Shown piece by piece: positions 25,488-60,298 of a stretch of DNA of 64,000 nucleotides. A program made the translations under genes and the position numbers. This stretch comes from Chrysomallon squamiferum. Its lineage: Eukaryota; Animalia; Mollusca. The stretch covers positions 11,222,001 to 11,286,000 of the forward strand of contig CM022676.1 in the NCBI GenBank assembly GCA_012295275.1. The letters are read 5' to 3'. The notes below the pieces were generated by a model that made no database searches, was not told where the DNA came from, and worked only from the letters and a program-made list of their open reading frames with translations. Position 1 is the stretch's first letter. Every line of letters starts with the position of its first letter.

Positions 25488-26480
25488 CTCCAGATTATTT
25501 TTCTAAATCAATACGTTAATAAATGCATTCACATTAGGTCATTCTATTTTTCTGTCTGTTTAATGAGGGTTTTTTTTAACTCCAAATAAAAATACATTTT
25601 CAATATCCTTTTATCAAATTATAAATATTTCTTTATCTAAAGCAACCTTTTTTTTTATCAAAATGGCAATTTCTTTTGCCTTTAAAAATGTTCTGAAAAT
25701 TATAGTAAGTGAACAGTTTAAGGTAAAAATATGATGTTTTTGCTGAAGTGAGTAGAAAACCTTGTTCCTGTTCATCCTCACCATGTAATGTAATCTGGGG
25801 AAACTGAAAAATAAAGAAATAAATTAAAAATAAATATTAACATCTTAAGAGTCTAAACTTTAAATGATTTGAGATAAGAACAAATTAAATGCCACTAGAT
25901 TATTTAAAACTTGTAATAACATTCCAATAAACAAATATAATAAAATCCAATCTACAAGAAAAATTACTGAACATCAGTACTATGTCATAAAGGATATATG
26001 AACAAGTATTGACTTATAAAATATAATTCATGCAGATTAATAGTTTTTCATGAATCTGTTTTAACTACCAAATTTACTTCCAAGACTTGAAATTTATTCA
26101 TAATATGGTCACAGAAAATTTTACACAGTAAACCAGGACATAAATAAATAAAACATGCATGAAACCGAAAAAAACATTACACATTATATATACAAGTAAC
26201 ATAAATAGTTCATACTCGTATATGTTTTGTCGTATTATTTTGCACGTTTTGTTTTTGTTGACTGTTTACTGTGTTATAATTTCAGTGGCAATATTGTTCA
26301 AGTCTGGTATTAAAGAACACTATACCAGAGCCTCCATTATATATATTATAGCTTTACATTAATAAATTATATACATTTCTGGAGATTTAATTTTTTAATT
26401 TTTTTTTATTGTTCAAATGTTAGTTTTCATTTATATGACATTTTTAGTTTTAGTTTTGTACAACTTTTTTATTTAAAAGG

Positions 26481-26655
26481 AGCAGGTTTCAGCTCAAATG
26501 TTAGAAAAATGTGTGGTAGATCAGAGGTTCAAATCTCCACAGAACATCAACATGTGAATGATTGATGTTATAGTTAGATTTATTACATCTAGTTTCTCTC
26601 TCTTGTGCACAACTCTTGCTGTTAATGGGAGACAGAAGTCAGCCAAACATCAGTG
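26481..26655 (+). mobile_element. Possible degenerate tRNA-derived SINE
   Basis: A-box-like cagctcaaatgttag and B-box-like ggttcaaatctcc at tRNA-like spacing; no intact cloverleaf. Confidence 0.3.
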
Positions 26656-26924
26656 AAAAATAGTATTACACTGAACATACTAATAATAAACAGATATGTT
26701 GATTTACATTTATTTTATTTCATGTCATATTATTATTTTGAACATAAAGTAACATCTGCTTTGATATTTTTTATTATTGTTTTCGTTTTCTTTCTTTTCA
26801 AAATCTGTATTTTTCTTCTGCATTACCATGCAAGTTTCAAAACAAATTTTCATTATTTGGAGGAAAAAAATTAAAAAAATAAAAATTAATTTCCATTAAT
26901 AATTTTACTTTAACAAAAAAAAAA

Positions 26925-26969
<45 letters not shown>

Positions 26970-27299
26970 TATTATTTAAATGAGCATGAAAATTTGCCTA
27001 CTTAGTCATGATATAATAAATTTAGGCTTTCAGTTATGTTACATGATTATAGTTAATGTTTTATATTTATAATAACTTTTATATATTTCTCAGTTTTCTG
27101 TATTTTTTATTTATTTATTTATTATTATTTTCTATTTATTTTATTTTATTTTTATAGGCACTTGTTATATTACCATACTGACAATTATCCACTACTGTTA
27201 CTCCTACTAATTATAAAGTAATGCTACTAATAATAACATTTAAAAATGAATTTAATCATGATAATATCTAATATATAATGTTATTACAACGTCTGATAA

Positions 27300-27729
27300 T
27301 ATATAAATTCTTCGTAATTACTCGTTTTGATGAAATAAATTGTTTTGTAAACTTCAGTTATGATGTTTATTGTCACTTGGCAGCCATCTTGAATATAGAC
27401 GTCTGCATTCGTACCTAACAGTACTACAGAAGTACATTTAGAAACAAAACTAGGCACACTATATTCGCACTTATTATTTACCACTTGATTCCGCCTGGGA
27501 CAAAAACAGTGGATATGAAAGTTACCTTATTCTGATAGTTCACTTTCACTAGCAACATTTCAAACTAGCACGCTTTGTTTCTATTTTTAAGATTGTATTT
27601 TTTATTTTATTATTTCTTGGTGTACTTTCCTCCAATTTTTTTTGAATCCATTATTATGAAACCTTTGTAAATTCCTCCATTTATTAATACAACACTCACA
27701 AAACGTATTCAGATGTAAAAGCGTTTTAT

Positions 27730-27825
<96 letters not shown>

Positions 27826-28530
27826 CAAAACACGAATGACTAAAGTAGATGGAAATTATAAAATCATTAAATAATGTTTAAAAAATGGTTTTAAAAAGAG
27901 AACAACAACAAATTGCGATTTGGTTATACTTATAAGATTAGAATAAAACGAAGGAGAAATTAAAACAGTACTAATAAATACACAAACAAAATAATGAGAT
28001 TGCGCAACTGCATAATAATAATAAAAATTAAAACAAAAATAAAAAGCATGGTTTCCTTTTGCCATCGTTATACCCATCGCACACATTATTATATGCTTTT
28101 TCTTTTCTTTTACTCAGGTTTGGAAGAGGTAATTAAATAATAAAACCAGAATGACATATAGTATGATATGTTGTAACCAAATCGCCAAGGAATGGAAAAA
28201 CATTTGATTTTATAATTTAATAGAATGACTTGCTTGATTGTTTCCTTTATTTATTTATTTATTTATTATTAGGTAAACAAATTTTTTATATCCTAGATCT
28301 TATATGAAGCTGACTGGAATTATTCATTTAATGTAAGCGATATACCTTAATTGTTACGTGTATCTGCATGCATTTTAAAATTATTTTAATTTGATTTCCG
28401 AGCGTTTACGTCAGCGCGAGCACTCTTTTACGTTGTGAGACAAGAAAAAAAACATAGCAACCATTTCCTGTTAAAATACTAATCTCCCTTGCCATAACTG
28501 TCAGGGTCGCTCAATAGAAGAAAAAAAGGT
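27300..28530. promoter_or_regulatory. Putative divergent promoter region of the zinc-finger gene (minus) and the Kelch gene (plus)
   Basis: CpG reappears here. YY1-type AAGATGGC on minus at 27383-27390, followed by a candidate donor at ~27321. CRE-like ttacgtca at ~28406 and candidate plus-strand donor aaag|gtatat at ~28529. Confidence 0.35.
27733..27820. repeat. (CT)n microsatellite
   Basis: Pure TC run of about 88 bp. Confidence 0.95.
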
Positions 28531-29066
28531 ATATTTTTTTGTTGTTTTTGTTTGTTGTTGTTGTTGTTGTTAAAGTTTTATGTTTAATTTTCTCAAAGCG
28601 GTTTATAAGTCATTGTACATATATTATTATATGAAACTAATTGCGTGTTTTTAAGTTATTTTAAATTCTGTATCTATTCACTCCCTCTGCAGTTTCTTTT
28701 TTTCTTCTTTTTTCTTCTTGTTTCTCTGTGTGTTTAGGCTTTCTGCTAGGCGTATTCTATACGTAAAGATATTTCCGTTTTCGTTTTTCTTTTTTAATCA
28801 CAGTTGTTTTGTTTTTTAAAATGATTATTCCCCTTGTACCAGTACACTGTTATTTATCTGCTTGTTTTCTGCCAGCTTCGTTCTTGATTACTGCCTTACA
28901 GCGTGCATCAGTATCTAGCTATATACTCACAGACATGTACTATTTATTTATTGCTGGTGTTGCATTTGTTGTTGTTGTTGTTGTTGTTGTTAATTCATTT
29001 TCTTCTTTATTATTATAATTTTGTTATGATTTATTTATTTATTTATTTATTATTATTATTATGATT

Positions 29067-29118
<52 letters not shown>

Positions 29119-29136
29119 TTTTAGGTTGGTACTTGG

Positions 29137-30759
29137 ATGGCGAACGTTCAGTTGTTATTTCTTAAACGTATCTATGAGAATTTTATCGAAGGTCAAAACA
29201 ATGATCTTGAACTTGTTTTTCAAGATGGCGCGATGACAGCCAGTAAGATTTGCCTCGTGTCGCTTTCGCCTTACTTCGAGACGATGTTTTCCTGTGACAT
29301 GTGCGAGAAGAAAACGGGTGTGGTGATTTTACCCACGATACGCAAAAGAATATTTGAAGACATACTCAGAGTTTATTTTATAAATCAGAATGACGTCATC
29401 AGTGAATACAACTGTCTTTACCTGCTGGATTCCGCCGAGATGATGCAGCTCGATTATCTTAAATCAGTTTGTCTGGATTATCTTAATACTAATCTCTCTC
29501 TGACCACCGCCAACTGCATCGACATGTGGAGGTCGTTACGTAAGTTTGGTATGGAGGATCTCGCTATGAAAGCTTTCCAGTACATCGTCAAGAATCTGAG
29601 AAATCTTTCAGCTAGCGAGTTCATCCTGAAGCTGACGAAGACGGAGTTCCTGGTGCTGCTTTCTAGCGACGACCTGTCACTGAAGGAGGACGACGTGTTC
29701 AAAGACGTTCAGAAGTGGATCGAGGCGCACAGTCCGTCCCTGGACACGATGCTCGAACTCTTCAGATCAGTCCGGTTTCAGCACGTCAGCCTCTCCTACC
29801 TGACAAACAACGTCATCTTCAGCAACATCGTCAGAGAGCACGAGTCTATACAACGGATCGTCCAGGAAGGCATGTGCACGCACTGCGTGGGCACATCTGA
29901 CTCCAGATTGTTTGTCGACAACAGACATGCAGCTCAGTTGCAGAACGTCATGTTCGTCCTCACCAAGTCCGTCAACATCCTCTGTGCGGCGTCGCTGACA
30001 GACGCCACGTGGTACGAAATACCGCAAGCGCCTTACGACCCCGGGGACTGGTTCTCTGCCGGGGTGCTGGGCAGGTACATTTACATCACTGGCGGCACCG
30101 TGAGGAGGAAGTCGTCGATGGTGTATGACGTGTGGCTGAGAAAGTGGATGTTTGGACCCGAGATGAAACACGATCGCTGGGAACACTGCATGGCGGTGCT
30201 GGCTGACAAGCTGTACGTGATCGGAGGTCAGAGCAACAGCATAGAGCAACTCCAGCTGGGTCAGCTCACCTGGCAGGTCGTGGGTGACCTAGGATGTAGC
30301 AGGAGGGACTCCTGCGCTGAAGGAGTAGGAGAAAATATTCTGGTTATGGGCGGAATAGTGAACTGGCAGGTATCAGACAACTTGCAGTGCTTCAACACGA
30401 AGACTCACGCTGTGTGCACGATACCCATCAAAGAAAACTGCGGTCAGCTGATCAGGTCATTCTTGCACGTGCGTGACCTCTATCTCGTGCACTCTGACGG
30501 AACGGTGGAAGTGGTTCAGATCGAGGAAACGAACACGCCCGTCCTGAGGACACAGAAGGTGGCGAGGCACGACGAGTTCGGCTACTACTTCGGGTTCGTG
30601 TACACAGAAGGCAACATCATCGTCGTCACTGACCGCGGCCTGCAGAGAGTCAACATGTGCGACGGCTCCAAGCAATACATGACGTTTCAGAACACGATTT
30701 CTCTGTGCAACATCTGCGGCAGTCTCAACATGCACGTTCCTCGTTTCTGTCTGCAGTAA
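29137..30759 (+). CDS. Kelch-like protein (BTB-BACK-Kelch), 540 aa, single coding exon
   Basis: BTB (DLELVF...KICLVSLSPYFETMFSCDMCE...LLDSAEMMQLDYLKSVCLDYL), BACK (LTTANCIDMW...EFLVLLSSDDL...EDDVFKDVQKWI...LFRSVRF) and Kelch repeats (YIYITGG...YD...W...M..DR.EH; KLYVIGG; ILVMGG). Acceptor ttag ends at 29124, 12 nt before the ATG. Confidence 0.92.
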   Translation: MANVQLLFLKRIYENFIEGQNNDLELVFQDGAMTASKICLVSLSPYFETMFSCDMCEKKTGVVILPTIRKRIFEDILRVYFINQNDVISEYNCLYLLDSAEMMQLDYLKSVCLDYLNTNLSLTTANCIDMWRSLRKFGMEDLAMKAFQYIVKNLRNLSASEFILKLTKTEFLVLLSSDDLSLKEDDVFKDVQKWIEAHSPSLDTMLELFRSVRFQHVSLSYLTNNVIFSNIVREHESIQRIVQEGMCTHCVGTSDSRLFVDNRHAAQLQNVMFVLTKSVNILCAASLTDATWYEIPQAPYDPGDWFSAGVLGRYIYITGGTVRRKSSMVYDVWLRKWMFGPEMKHDRWEHCMAVLADKLYVIGGQSNSIEQLQLGQLTWQVVGDLGCSRRDSCAEGVGENILVMGGIVNWQVSDNLQCFNTKTHAVCTIPIKENCGQLIRSFLHVRDLYLVHSDGTVEVVQIEETNTPVLRTQKVARHDEFGYYFGFVYTEGNIIVVTDRGLQRVNMCDGSKQYMTFQNTISLCNICGSLNMHVPRFCLQ

Positions 30760-31631
30760 GATAATAATAATAACAAAAATAATAACAATAATAACAACAA
30801 TAATAATAATAACAATAATAAGAAGAAGAAGAAAGAAAGAAAGAAAGAAAAAACTATATATATAGATAAGAAGGAAAAAGAAAAACACACGTATTTATTT
30901 ATTTATATAATTTGTATCTATAAAATAATGATTTGCTTTCTGTAATATTTATGATATTTTATGATTTTACAAGCCTGATCTTTTCAATCGTGTACATTTG
31001 TAAATCACTGGTTTAAGTAGATAAATCATGCTCATTTCGTCACTAGATACACGTGCATGCATTTTTTGTATTTATTTTTTTTAAATTTTGTGCCAGTTTA
31101 TTTTGTTTTGCAGTTTATGTATTCTATTATTATCACTTTTACTTTTTTATTATTATTTTTTATTTTTATTTTTTAATTATGTTTGTTTCGTTATGATTTA
31201 GTTGCATCACTTTAGTAAAGTTGCTGATTATCAGTTGTATTATAATCATATGCATATTATATTTATTATATTTAATATGTGAAAATAAAAATGATCGTGT
31301 GAATAATTGTCTTTGTAGTGTTTATGTGGAAGTAGAGAATCGTTTATTACATCTGTTATTGTTGGAATATAAATTTTATTACGTGTTCCTAGTGTGAATG
31401 TAAATATTTTTATTTGTATTCATGTTAATAAAATGTCTGTTCTCGTGCACGAAAAGCTATGTGCATCGTGTGATGTTGTTTTTGTTTATTTTTAGTCGTA
31501 GTAGCAGTTGTAGCAGTAATCCCTTGATGTTATTTCGTAAGCTTAAAATTTGTATACGAGTTTCCTCTCATAATCTACTTTTTCTCTTTTAAAAAAAAAC
31601 ACCCTACAAAAACAACAACAAAAATAAAATA

Positions 31632-31667
<36 letters not shown>

Positions 31668-31809
31668 AAAAGAAAGAAAGTAATAAAGTAATAAAGAAAT
31701 AAAAAAAATAAAGTAAATAAATAAAAGAAATGGCAGTTTGTGTGATAATGTGTTGAATTATTTTCAAATATTCTGCTGATTCCGCTCACTGAATTCACCC
31801 CTTCTTTGA

Positions 31810-32050
31810 TATCATATACTTACAATTATTTCATTCTTCATATACTTACAATTATTTCATTCTTCATATACTTACAACTATTTCTTTCATCATATACTTA
31901 CAACTATTTCATTCTTCATATACTTACAACTATTTCTTTCTTCATATACTTACAATTATTTCTTTTTTCATATACTTACAATTATTTCTTTCTTCATATA
32001 CTTACAATTATTTCTTTCTTCATATACTTACAACTATTTCATTCTTCATC
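31810..32050. repeat. ~22-26-bp minisatellite (tcatatacttacaattatttc...)
   Basis: About 9 imperfect tandem copies. Confidence 0.85.
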
Positions 32051-33543
32051 TTCTCTTTCTCCTTTCTTCACATATAACATAGATGATAGTTATTACTGAT
32101 CAGTGGGTGGTAGCAGTTGTTGTAATGATAGTGGGAGTAGTAATGACAAGAAATAACAGCAGATGTAGTAGTAGTAGTAACGTAAGTATTAGTAGAAGTT
32201 TTAGTATCAAAGGTAAAGTAATTAACTGAACTAGCAATGACATTACTAAATAGTTATGTTGTAGTAATATTAATAACAACTGAAGTAGTGATGATATTAA
32301 AAACTAGCTGAAATAACACCATAATTAATAGTAACAATAGCTGAAGTAGTAAAAAAGAAGTAGCATTAGTAGTTATCTATATAACGCAAGTAAAAGCTGC
32401 AGTAATAGAAGTACAAGTAAAAGTAGTATTTTTACGAGCAGTAGTAGTTATGTAAGTAGTAGTAACACTAATAGCTATATTATCCAGTACTAATTGTTAT
32501 AGTAATAGCAACAGACATTTCAAATAGAAATAGACGTAAACATGTCATTGTAATAGTTGTATGAATTTTGTTATTGTAACAACAATGACGATAACAACAA
32601 CAACAACAACAACAACAACAACCCAAACATAGATAAATAATAACAACACATACCACAACCCATACCAGGCCTCATTAGATATTTTTCTAAGTGACACGAG
32701 AAAGTCTAGCCAGTACGAAGCGTTGAAGGTTTCGAGTTATCGGAGCATGTCGATATATGAAACGAAATCGGTTTTTCAGTAACGTGAGGTAACGAGTGGA
32801 CGGGAAGCGATCAGTTTTGACCTTGGATTCTTTCAGTCTGTTATCCACTGTTTTCAGTCTTTCGTTTTGCTGACAATCTAAATTCAACAGCTGCTGTTAA
32901 ATACACGTTTTTACTTCTCGCTGGCAAATACAGAGATAAAAACTCTGACGTAATAAACAGTAACGCTAAACACGCGAATGTTTAAAACAACGCTGTGGAA
33001 TATTGATTTTTATTACACGTGGAAGTTTACCTGAAGTGTGTTACCTGTGTATCTGTGTCACATACCTGTTGATGCGCGGACTGGCAGTGACCTTTGACCT
33101 GACAAGGGTGAGATTACACAGCGATAGCCTACCTGTGTTTTTATACGTTCTTACTGGACACTGCTTCACGTTTATATCTTTTCTCTGTATCTATTTTTTT
33201 ATTATTATTATTCCTTTTATCTTATTTTTTTTTTTATTTCTTCCTTTTATCTCTATAATGCTGCCATTATTACTAGTAACTGTTACTAATATTACTACTG
33301 TTACTATTAGTACAACTTACATTACAACTATTAGTTATCATTACAATGCTGCTGTTACTACTACTACTACTACTAATACTACTACTAATACTAATGCTAC
33401 TACTACTGCTACTACTGCTAACTATTGCTGCTCCTCCAGTTATCAACAACAAAATAATTTGTGTCTGTTACCATGTATGCATGTGTCTATGTCTGTCTGT
33501 GTGTGTGTGTGTCTGATTGCGTATGAGTTTGTATGTATGTATG

Positions 33544-33604
<61 letters not shown>

Positions 33605-33611
33605 GTTTGTG

Positions 33612-33650
33612 TATATATGTATGTGTATGTATTGTGATTGCGTATGAGTT

Positions 33651-33692
<42 letters not shown>

Positions 33693-33731
33693 AACTCATA
33701 CGCAATCACAATACATACACATACATATATA
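33612..33731. repeat. Perfect 120-bp palindrome centred on (TA)19
   Basis: Left arm tatatatgtatgtgtatgtattgtgattgcgtatgagtttg (33612-33652) is the exact reverse complement of 33691-33731. Confidence 0.9.
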
Positions 33732-34049
33732 GACATGTATGTATGTATGTTTGTGTATATATGTATGTGGATGTATTGTGATTGGATATGTGCTTATATA
33801 ATTGTGTGTGTAATTGTGTGTATGTGTTTTTTTGTTTTTGAATCTGTGTATGTACAGTCTGCATGTTTGTGTTTCTACAAAATATATTTCATTTATATAA
33901 TACTAATAATTTTAATTTGATTAGTGTTTTCAAAAATATAATAATAACAAAACAAGAGTTCAACTTTGTGTTTCCACAGATACTTATTGTAGAAGGACGT
34001 ATGTGTCACATAACGTCATACAGTCGACGAGTACGGCCGAAGTAAGAAT

Positions 34050-55272
<21,223 letters not shown>

Positions 55273-55982
55273 GGATTTGAGAGAAATTATTTTCTTCATA
55301 ACATGCGACTTGGTGCTATCTGAATACAATCTGAAACTTTTCCTTTATTTTTACTTCATATATAAAATATCCTTTTGGCAAAATAACAAAAACGCTAAAA
55401 TCCCGCGAATAATATGGAAGCTGCCATTTAAGTAGTTCACAAAACAAATATCTTATGACGTCAAGTCGTTGACATTGAAGACAAGGAGACGAACTGCGTT
55501 TACGAGTGCTTTATAAAATTTGTACTTGCTCAGTTAATTTGAATTTATTTTTTAAATTTATATTTATAAAATTAATATTCTTTCTTAGAGTAATAGAAAT
55601 AAATAAATAAATAATTACTTACTTACATCTGGATATAAGTAACTTCAGGGTGTCTGTTGAACTGATAACATGATTCTGAGTTTTTCTTTGTGAATGATGA
55701 AAAGATTAAATATCATCTATCTGCTTCGACTGTTTTGTAAATACAAACACAAATTATAATATATCAAATGTATTCTTATATTAAATTTCTTTTATACTTT
55801 TATGTTATGAAATATTTTTCACCTCTGTATTGTGAAAAAAAGTTATATTTGTATATTATGAAATATTTTACAATTATTATTTGTGAATTATTTTATATTT
55901 GTGAATCAATTAACATTTGTTACATTGTAAAACACTTTTAACTATTCAGCTTCCTAAATTTTCCTTACTTCTTCTTCTTCTT

Positions 55983-56072
<90 letters not shown>

Positions 56073-56646
56073 GGAAATTAAATTACTTATTTGGAAAATA
56101 TTATTTTTAGAACAGAATACCTCTACAGTGATTCAGATCTAAATACTAGCATTTATTTTACATACACGATTTTGACATACACTTTTTCTACCGTTCAGTT
56201 TAGAAAAAAGTTCAAATCAGAACTGCATCAGTGCCATTGATTTTTGTCGATATTAAAACAGCAACTGAGGTTAAATCACTTCTCTCTGACTATAAAAATA
56301 CAGCATGTTTGAATGTACTGTGTGATGTGTGTATGTGTGTGAACGTGTAAGAGAACACGTGTGTGTTTGTGTGTTGTCAACTAAAAGTATTCACATGTGC
56401 TTACCTCTTTGTCTACAAGTATTAACACGACATTTCAAACAGCCTCGTTGTGAGCGTGTTTTAACACCGTCAGCAGAAGCTTGCTGTCATCTACCACTCA
56501 ACCTCCGTTCTGTGTATTCAGTTATTCTGTACACCGCGTTTTTATATTCAATTTATCTCAATCATTTTGAAATTTTATTCTGTATTTATTTTAATGAATA
56601 AACCATAGTAAATATTTCTGTTTCAAATTTATTTTTGTTATTGTTC

Positions 56647-56697
<51 letters not shown>

Positions 56698-57449
56698 CAG
56701 ACAGAGAGAGAGAGAGAGAGAGTAATTTTTATTGTGAATTATTTTACACTGTCGAGGAACTGAAATATAGATTTATCAGACAGAATTAACTATGACTATT
56801 ATCCCGCCACAGCAATTAACAGTCTAAATATTAGACCTTTAGAACTACAATAGGGTAAACTTTCACTGTAGTTCTTTTAAATAATATTTAGATTATTCTT
56901 TTAGATATTTAATCCATAATACAGGAACTGATTTGTTTAACTCATTTTTCTATCAATGTCATAATTTGTTTTCATATTTAATATACTTTAACATTCATAA
57001 ACTTTAATATTCAGTTATTTTATTTCTCGCCTCAATGATTTAAGTGTTTCCAGTTTTATTTCACCAGCTTAACAGAAACATAAAAAATAGGAAATAAAGT
57101 GAGACTTATTCAACTTAGAATATTTTTTGTTTAATTTAACTTTTAAATTATTTGAAGTTTTCAGTTATAACAAATCAGAATAAAACTCTGTAAAAAAAAA
57201 AAAAATGAAAAAATGAAAAATAAACTAAAACCTGAGACTTTTGCACTTCCAATATCTGAATATTACAAAATGTAAAACTTTTTCTGTGTTTTATTCATGA
57301 TACAAAGTAAAGATTACGACAAACAAACTGAGACACGTGAGAGCTGATCCTGCTACAGTCTGCTTCTGTCAAACATCACTGAAAACACTAAGCAAGCGGC
57401 ATGCAGAATCAGAGATCTTATTTCCGGTTTTCCTGCAGAACTGGTACCA

Positions 57450-58636
57450 TCAAACAGCACCCTCAGCAGATTCTTCTGATTTTCTGTCAAGCTTCTTTCC
57501 AATCTCTTCCGTTTTCTTGCCCGCGAAGACGTTTTCGACGGTATCGAATGCGTCTTTGCCATCTTTAACAACATCACGAACAGCGTTGTTCACAGCGTTC
57601 ACAAGCCCATTCCAAAAGCTTGTTGCTTGTTTCTTTGTGACTTCAGCAACGTCCTTCACCGAGTTTACAAAGTCTTCCAGAGCGTTTGACGTCTGAGTCC
57701 CCAGCTTTTCAATGGCGTTCTTTACGTAGTCTTCTTTGGTGTTAACGCTGGAAAAGATGACGTCTCTGATAAACTTCTCAATGGCCGCTTTTACTTCTGG
57801 TTTGCAGACCTCATCCAATGGGAGTGTCCTCTTGTTAAACCTGCATGCTGCTTCCACCAAGTCACAGACGTCAGGCGGGCAGTCGTCCACGACGTCGGAA
57901 CAGTGTCGTATCCCACTGAAGGCTGAGCAGCCCACAGCAAACGTCGTAGCAACGGCCAGACGTTTGTTTATCACGTGGCCTGAAATTATACCAATTACTA
58001 CAAACATCAACGGTTTTACTACTACAACTACTACATACAGTATTATTATTATTACCATTATTAGTAGTTTTACATCAACAACGACGATATAAGTAATTAA
58101 CAGTTACATATATTGTCGACATCTCTACTACTACAACTACTACATAGTGACATATGTTATCGGCATTTTTACTACTACAACCACTACATAAACAATTACC
58201 AGTTACATATATTGTCAACATCTCTAGTACTACAACTACTACATAAACAATTAGTTACATATTTTATCAATATCTTTTCTACTACAGTTGAACAGTTACG
58301 TATATTGTCAATAGTTTTACTATTACAGCTATTACATAAACAATTAATAGTTACATATATTATAACCATTTTTACTACTAAAACTGCTTCCAAAGTTTTC
58401 ACATCACATCTTCTATATTTACTTTACATTGCAGTTACCAGTTACCAGTTGTACTGTTACCACTGATACCATCTCTTTAATGCTATTGCTATTACCACTT
58501 GCTTACGATTACACAGTGATGTTGACGTTAACCTTGTTGTTGATTTTAATGTTTAGGTTAACATACCTGTTGATTCGGTGCCCACTGACATGATCAAAAT
58601 GAACACGCAAAACAAAGCAATGAATCGAGGAAACAT
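57450..58636 (-). CDS. Uncharacterised secreted precursor, 199 aa (signal peptide, two KR sites, Cys-rich peptide, amphipathic helical tail)
   Basis: Coding exons 58567-58636 (MFPRFIALFCVFILIMSVGTEST) and 57450-57979 join in phase 1 (600 nt). An upstream acceptor lies at ~58663, a non-coding exon donor aaag|gtaaat at 58811, and a TATA-like tatata at 58862-58869. Confidence 0.8.
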
Positions 58637-59244
58637 TTTTTTTATTCTTAACCAAGTATTACCTGAAAAAAATAATAATATTAAAAATAAACATTTATAA
58701 AATATAACAGTACATTTAAAATAAATAATAAATAATAATACAGAACAGGTTTCATATGATAATGAAGACCTGTATTTCAATATTTAAATTAAAAATATTT
58801 CTTACATTTACCTTTGCCGCTTCTTTGCCGGGTAGATAGTGAGCTAGTTTAATAACTGAGGTATATATACACCCAGGTGTGATATACGAGTTACATATTT
58901 ATAGGAATCGGAAATTCTAGACTGTATGACACATGCAGCGAAGAGAGGGTAATTGAGTTCTTTCATATTTTAATTTGCTTTTTTGTTATTGCGCAGATAA
59001 TAAAACACAACAATCACAGCCACAGCAACAACAAGATTACTTATAATAATAACTAAATACAAAATTAAATAAACATAATAAATTATCTAAAAAAATAAAA
59101 AATTTTTTTGTTAAGAATTAGACACAGCTAATTAATAACACCTCTATATAATTTATTATTATTATTGAACAACAAAAAAAAGATAGTTTTATTTTTATCT
59201 GATTAAAGTAAAAAACAAAATACATTTACTACCGAATTATTATA

Positions 59245-59293
<49 letters not shown>

Positions 59294-60242
59294 TATTTTT
59301 ATTTATTACTATTAAACAAAATTATACATATTATTTTATTTGTTATTATTTTTGTTGTTATTTTTTTCTAAATTATTTTACATTTAATTAAACAAAATTT
59401 AATTATTATTTTTATTTGTTTGTTTTGTTGTTGTTTTTCTAAATTATTTGTACATTTAATTTTAATTTTAATTATTATTTTTGGGACCTCGACATTTTTA
59501 CTTCTTGCTTTTGATATTTATTTGTTTGGGACATCGGGTTAAAGTAAGATATTTTTTATCACAGTGTAATCAGTAACAGCGTATTTGTTTTACACACACA
59601 CACAAACACACACAGAAACACATACACAAAAAACACACACAGAAACACACACACAAAAACACACACACACAAACACACACAGAAACACACACACAACTTA
59701 TAATTTATAGTAATATTCTGCTCTAATTAGGATTCACTTGACTCATTCCGTGTTTTAAATTAGGTTTCCCAAAGTCCGTTATTAAATTTAATTGTTTTTG
59801 TTTTCTTTCTTATTGTTACAAAACAAGTTTCTAAATTAATAAACTTAGTTGCTGGTGTGTTGTTTATCTAGTGAACAGTGTTATATCATCACGATGATCA
59901 GTTTTAATTTATTGATTCCTGTCGTGATTAACTACGCCCTTCCTCTGTAGCCAGTCTATCATTCGACACTAAATTAAACAGGTGTGTTTCTGATGACAAA
60001 CTATTTTACCTGAGTCAGTCACCAGATCAGCCAGGTCCGTACCTGAGTGAAATCAAAGATGCGGTGCGCTAATGTTGTGTAAATACATATATAAATATAT
60101 TTGTATATGTTATAGCTAATCTCTATAATCAGGTAATATGTATATTACCTGAAATACACTTCACTAATTTGTACAGATGTTGTTGTTTGACTGAAAGAGT
60201 GAAACAGGTGATATACATTTTACCTGATTATAGAGATTCACT

Positions 60243-60298
<56 letters not shown>

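Noticed and set aside
26481-26545. tRNA gene
   Set aside because: Only degenerate A/B boxes and no cloverleaf; kept as a low-confidence SINE relic instead.
29478-30890. Antisense and alternative-frame ORFs over the Kelch and zinc-finger genes
   Set aside because: Shadow ORFs of the real coding strand, with no recognisable domains.
33088-33100. Perfect nuclear-receptor DR1 motif TGACCTTTGACCT upstream of calpain
   Set aside because: A single short motif with no supporting evidence; function cannot be supported from sequence alone.
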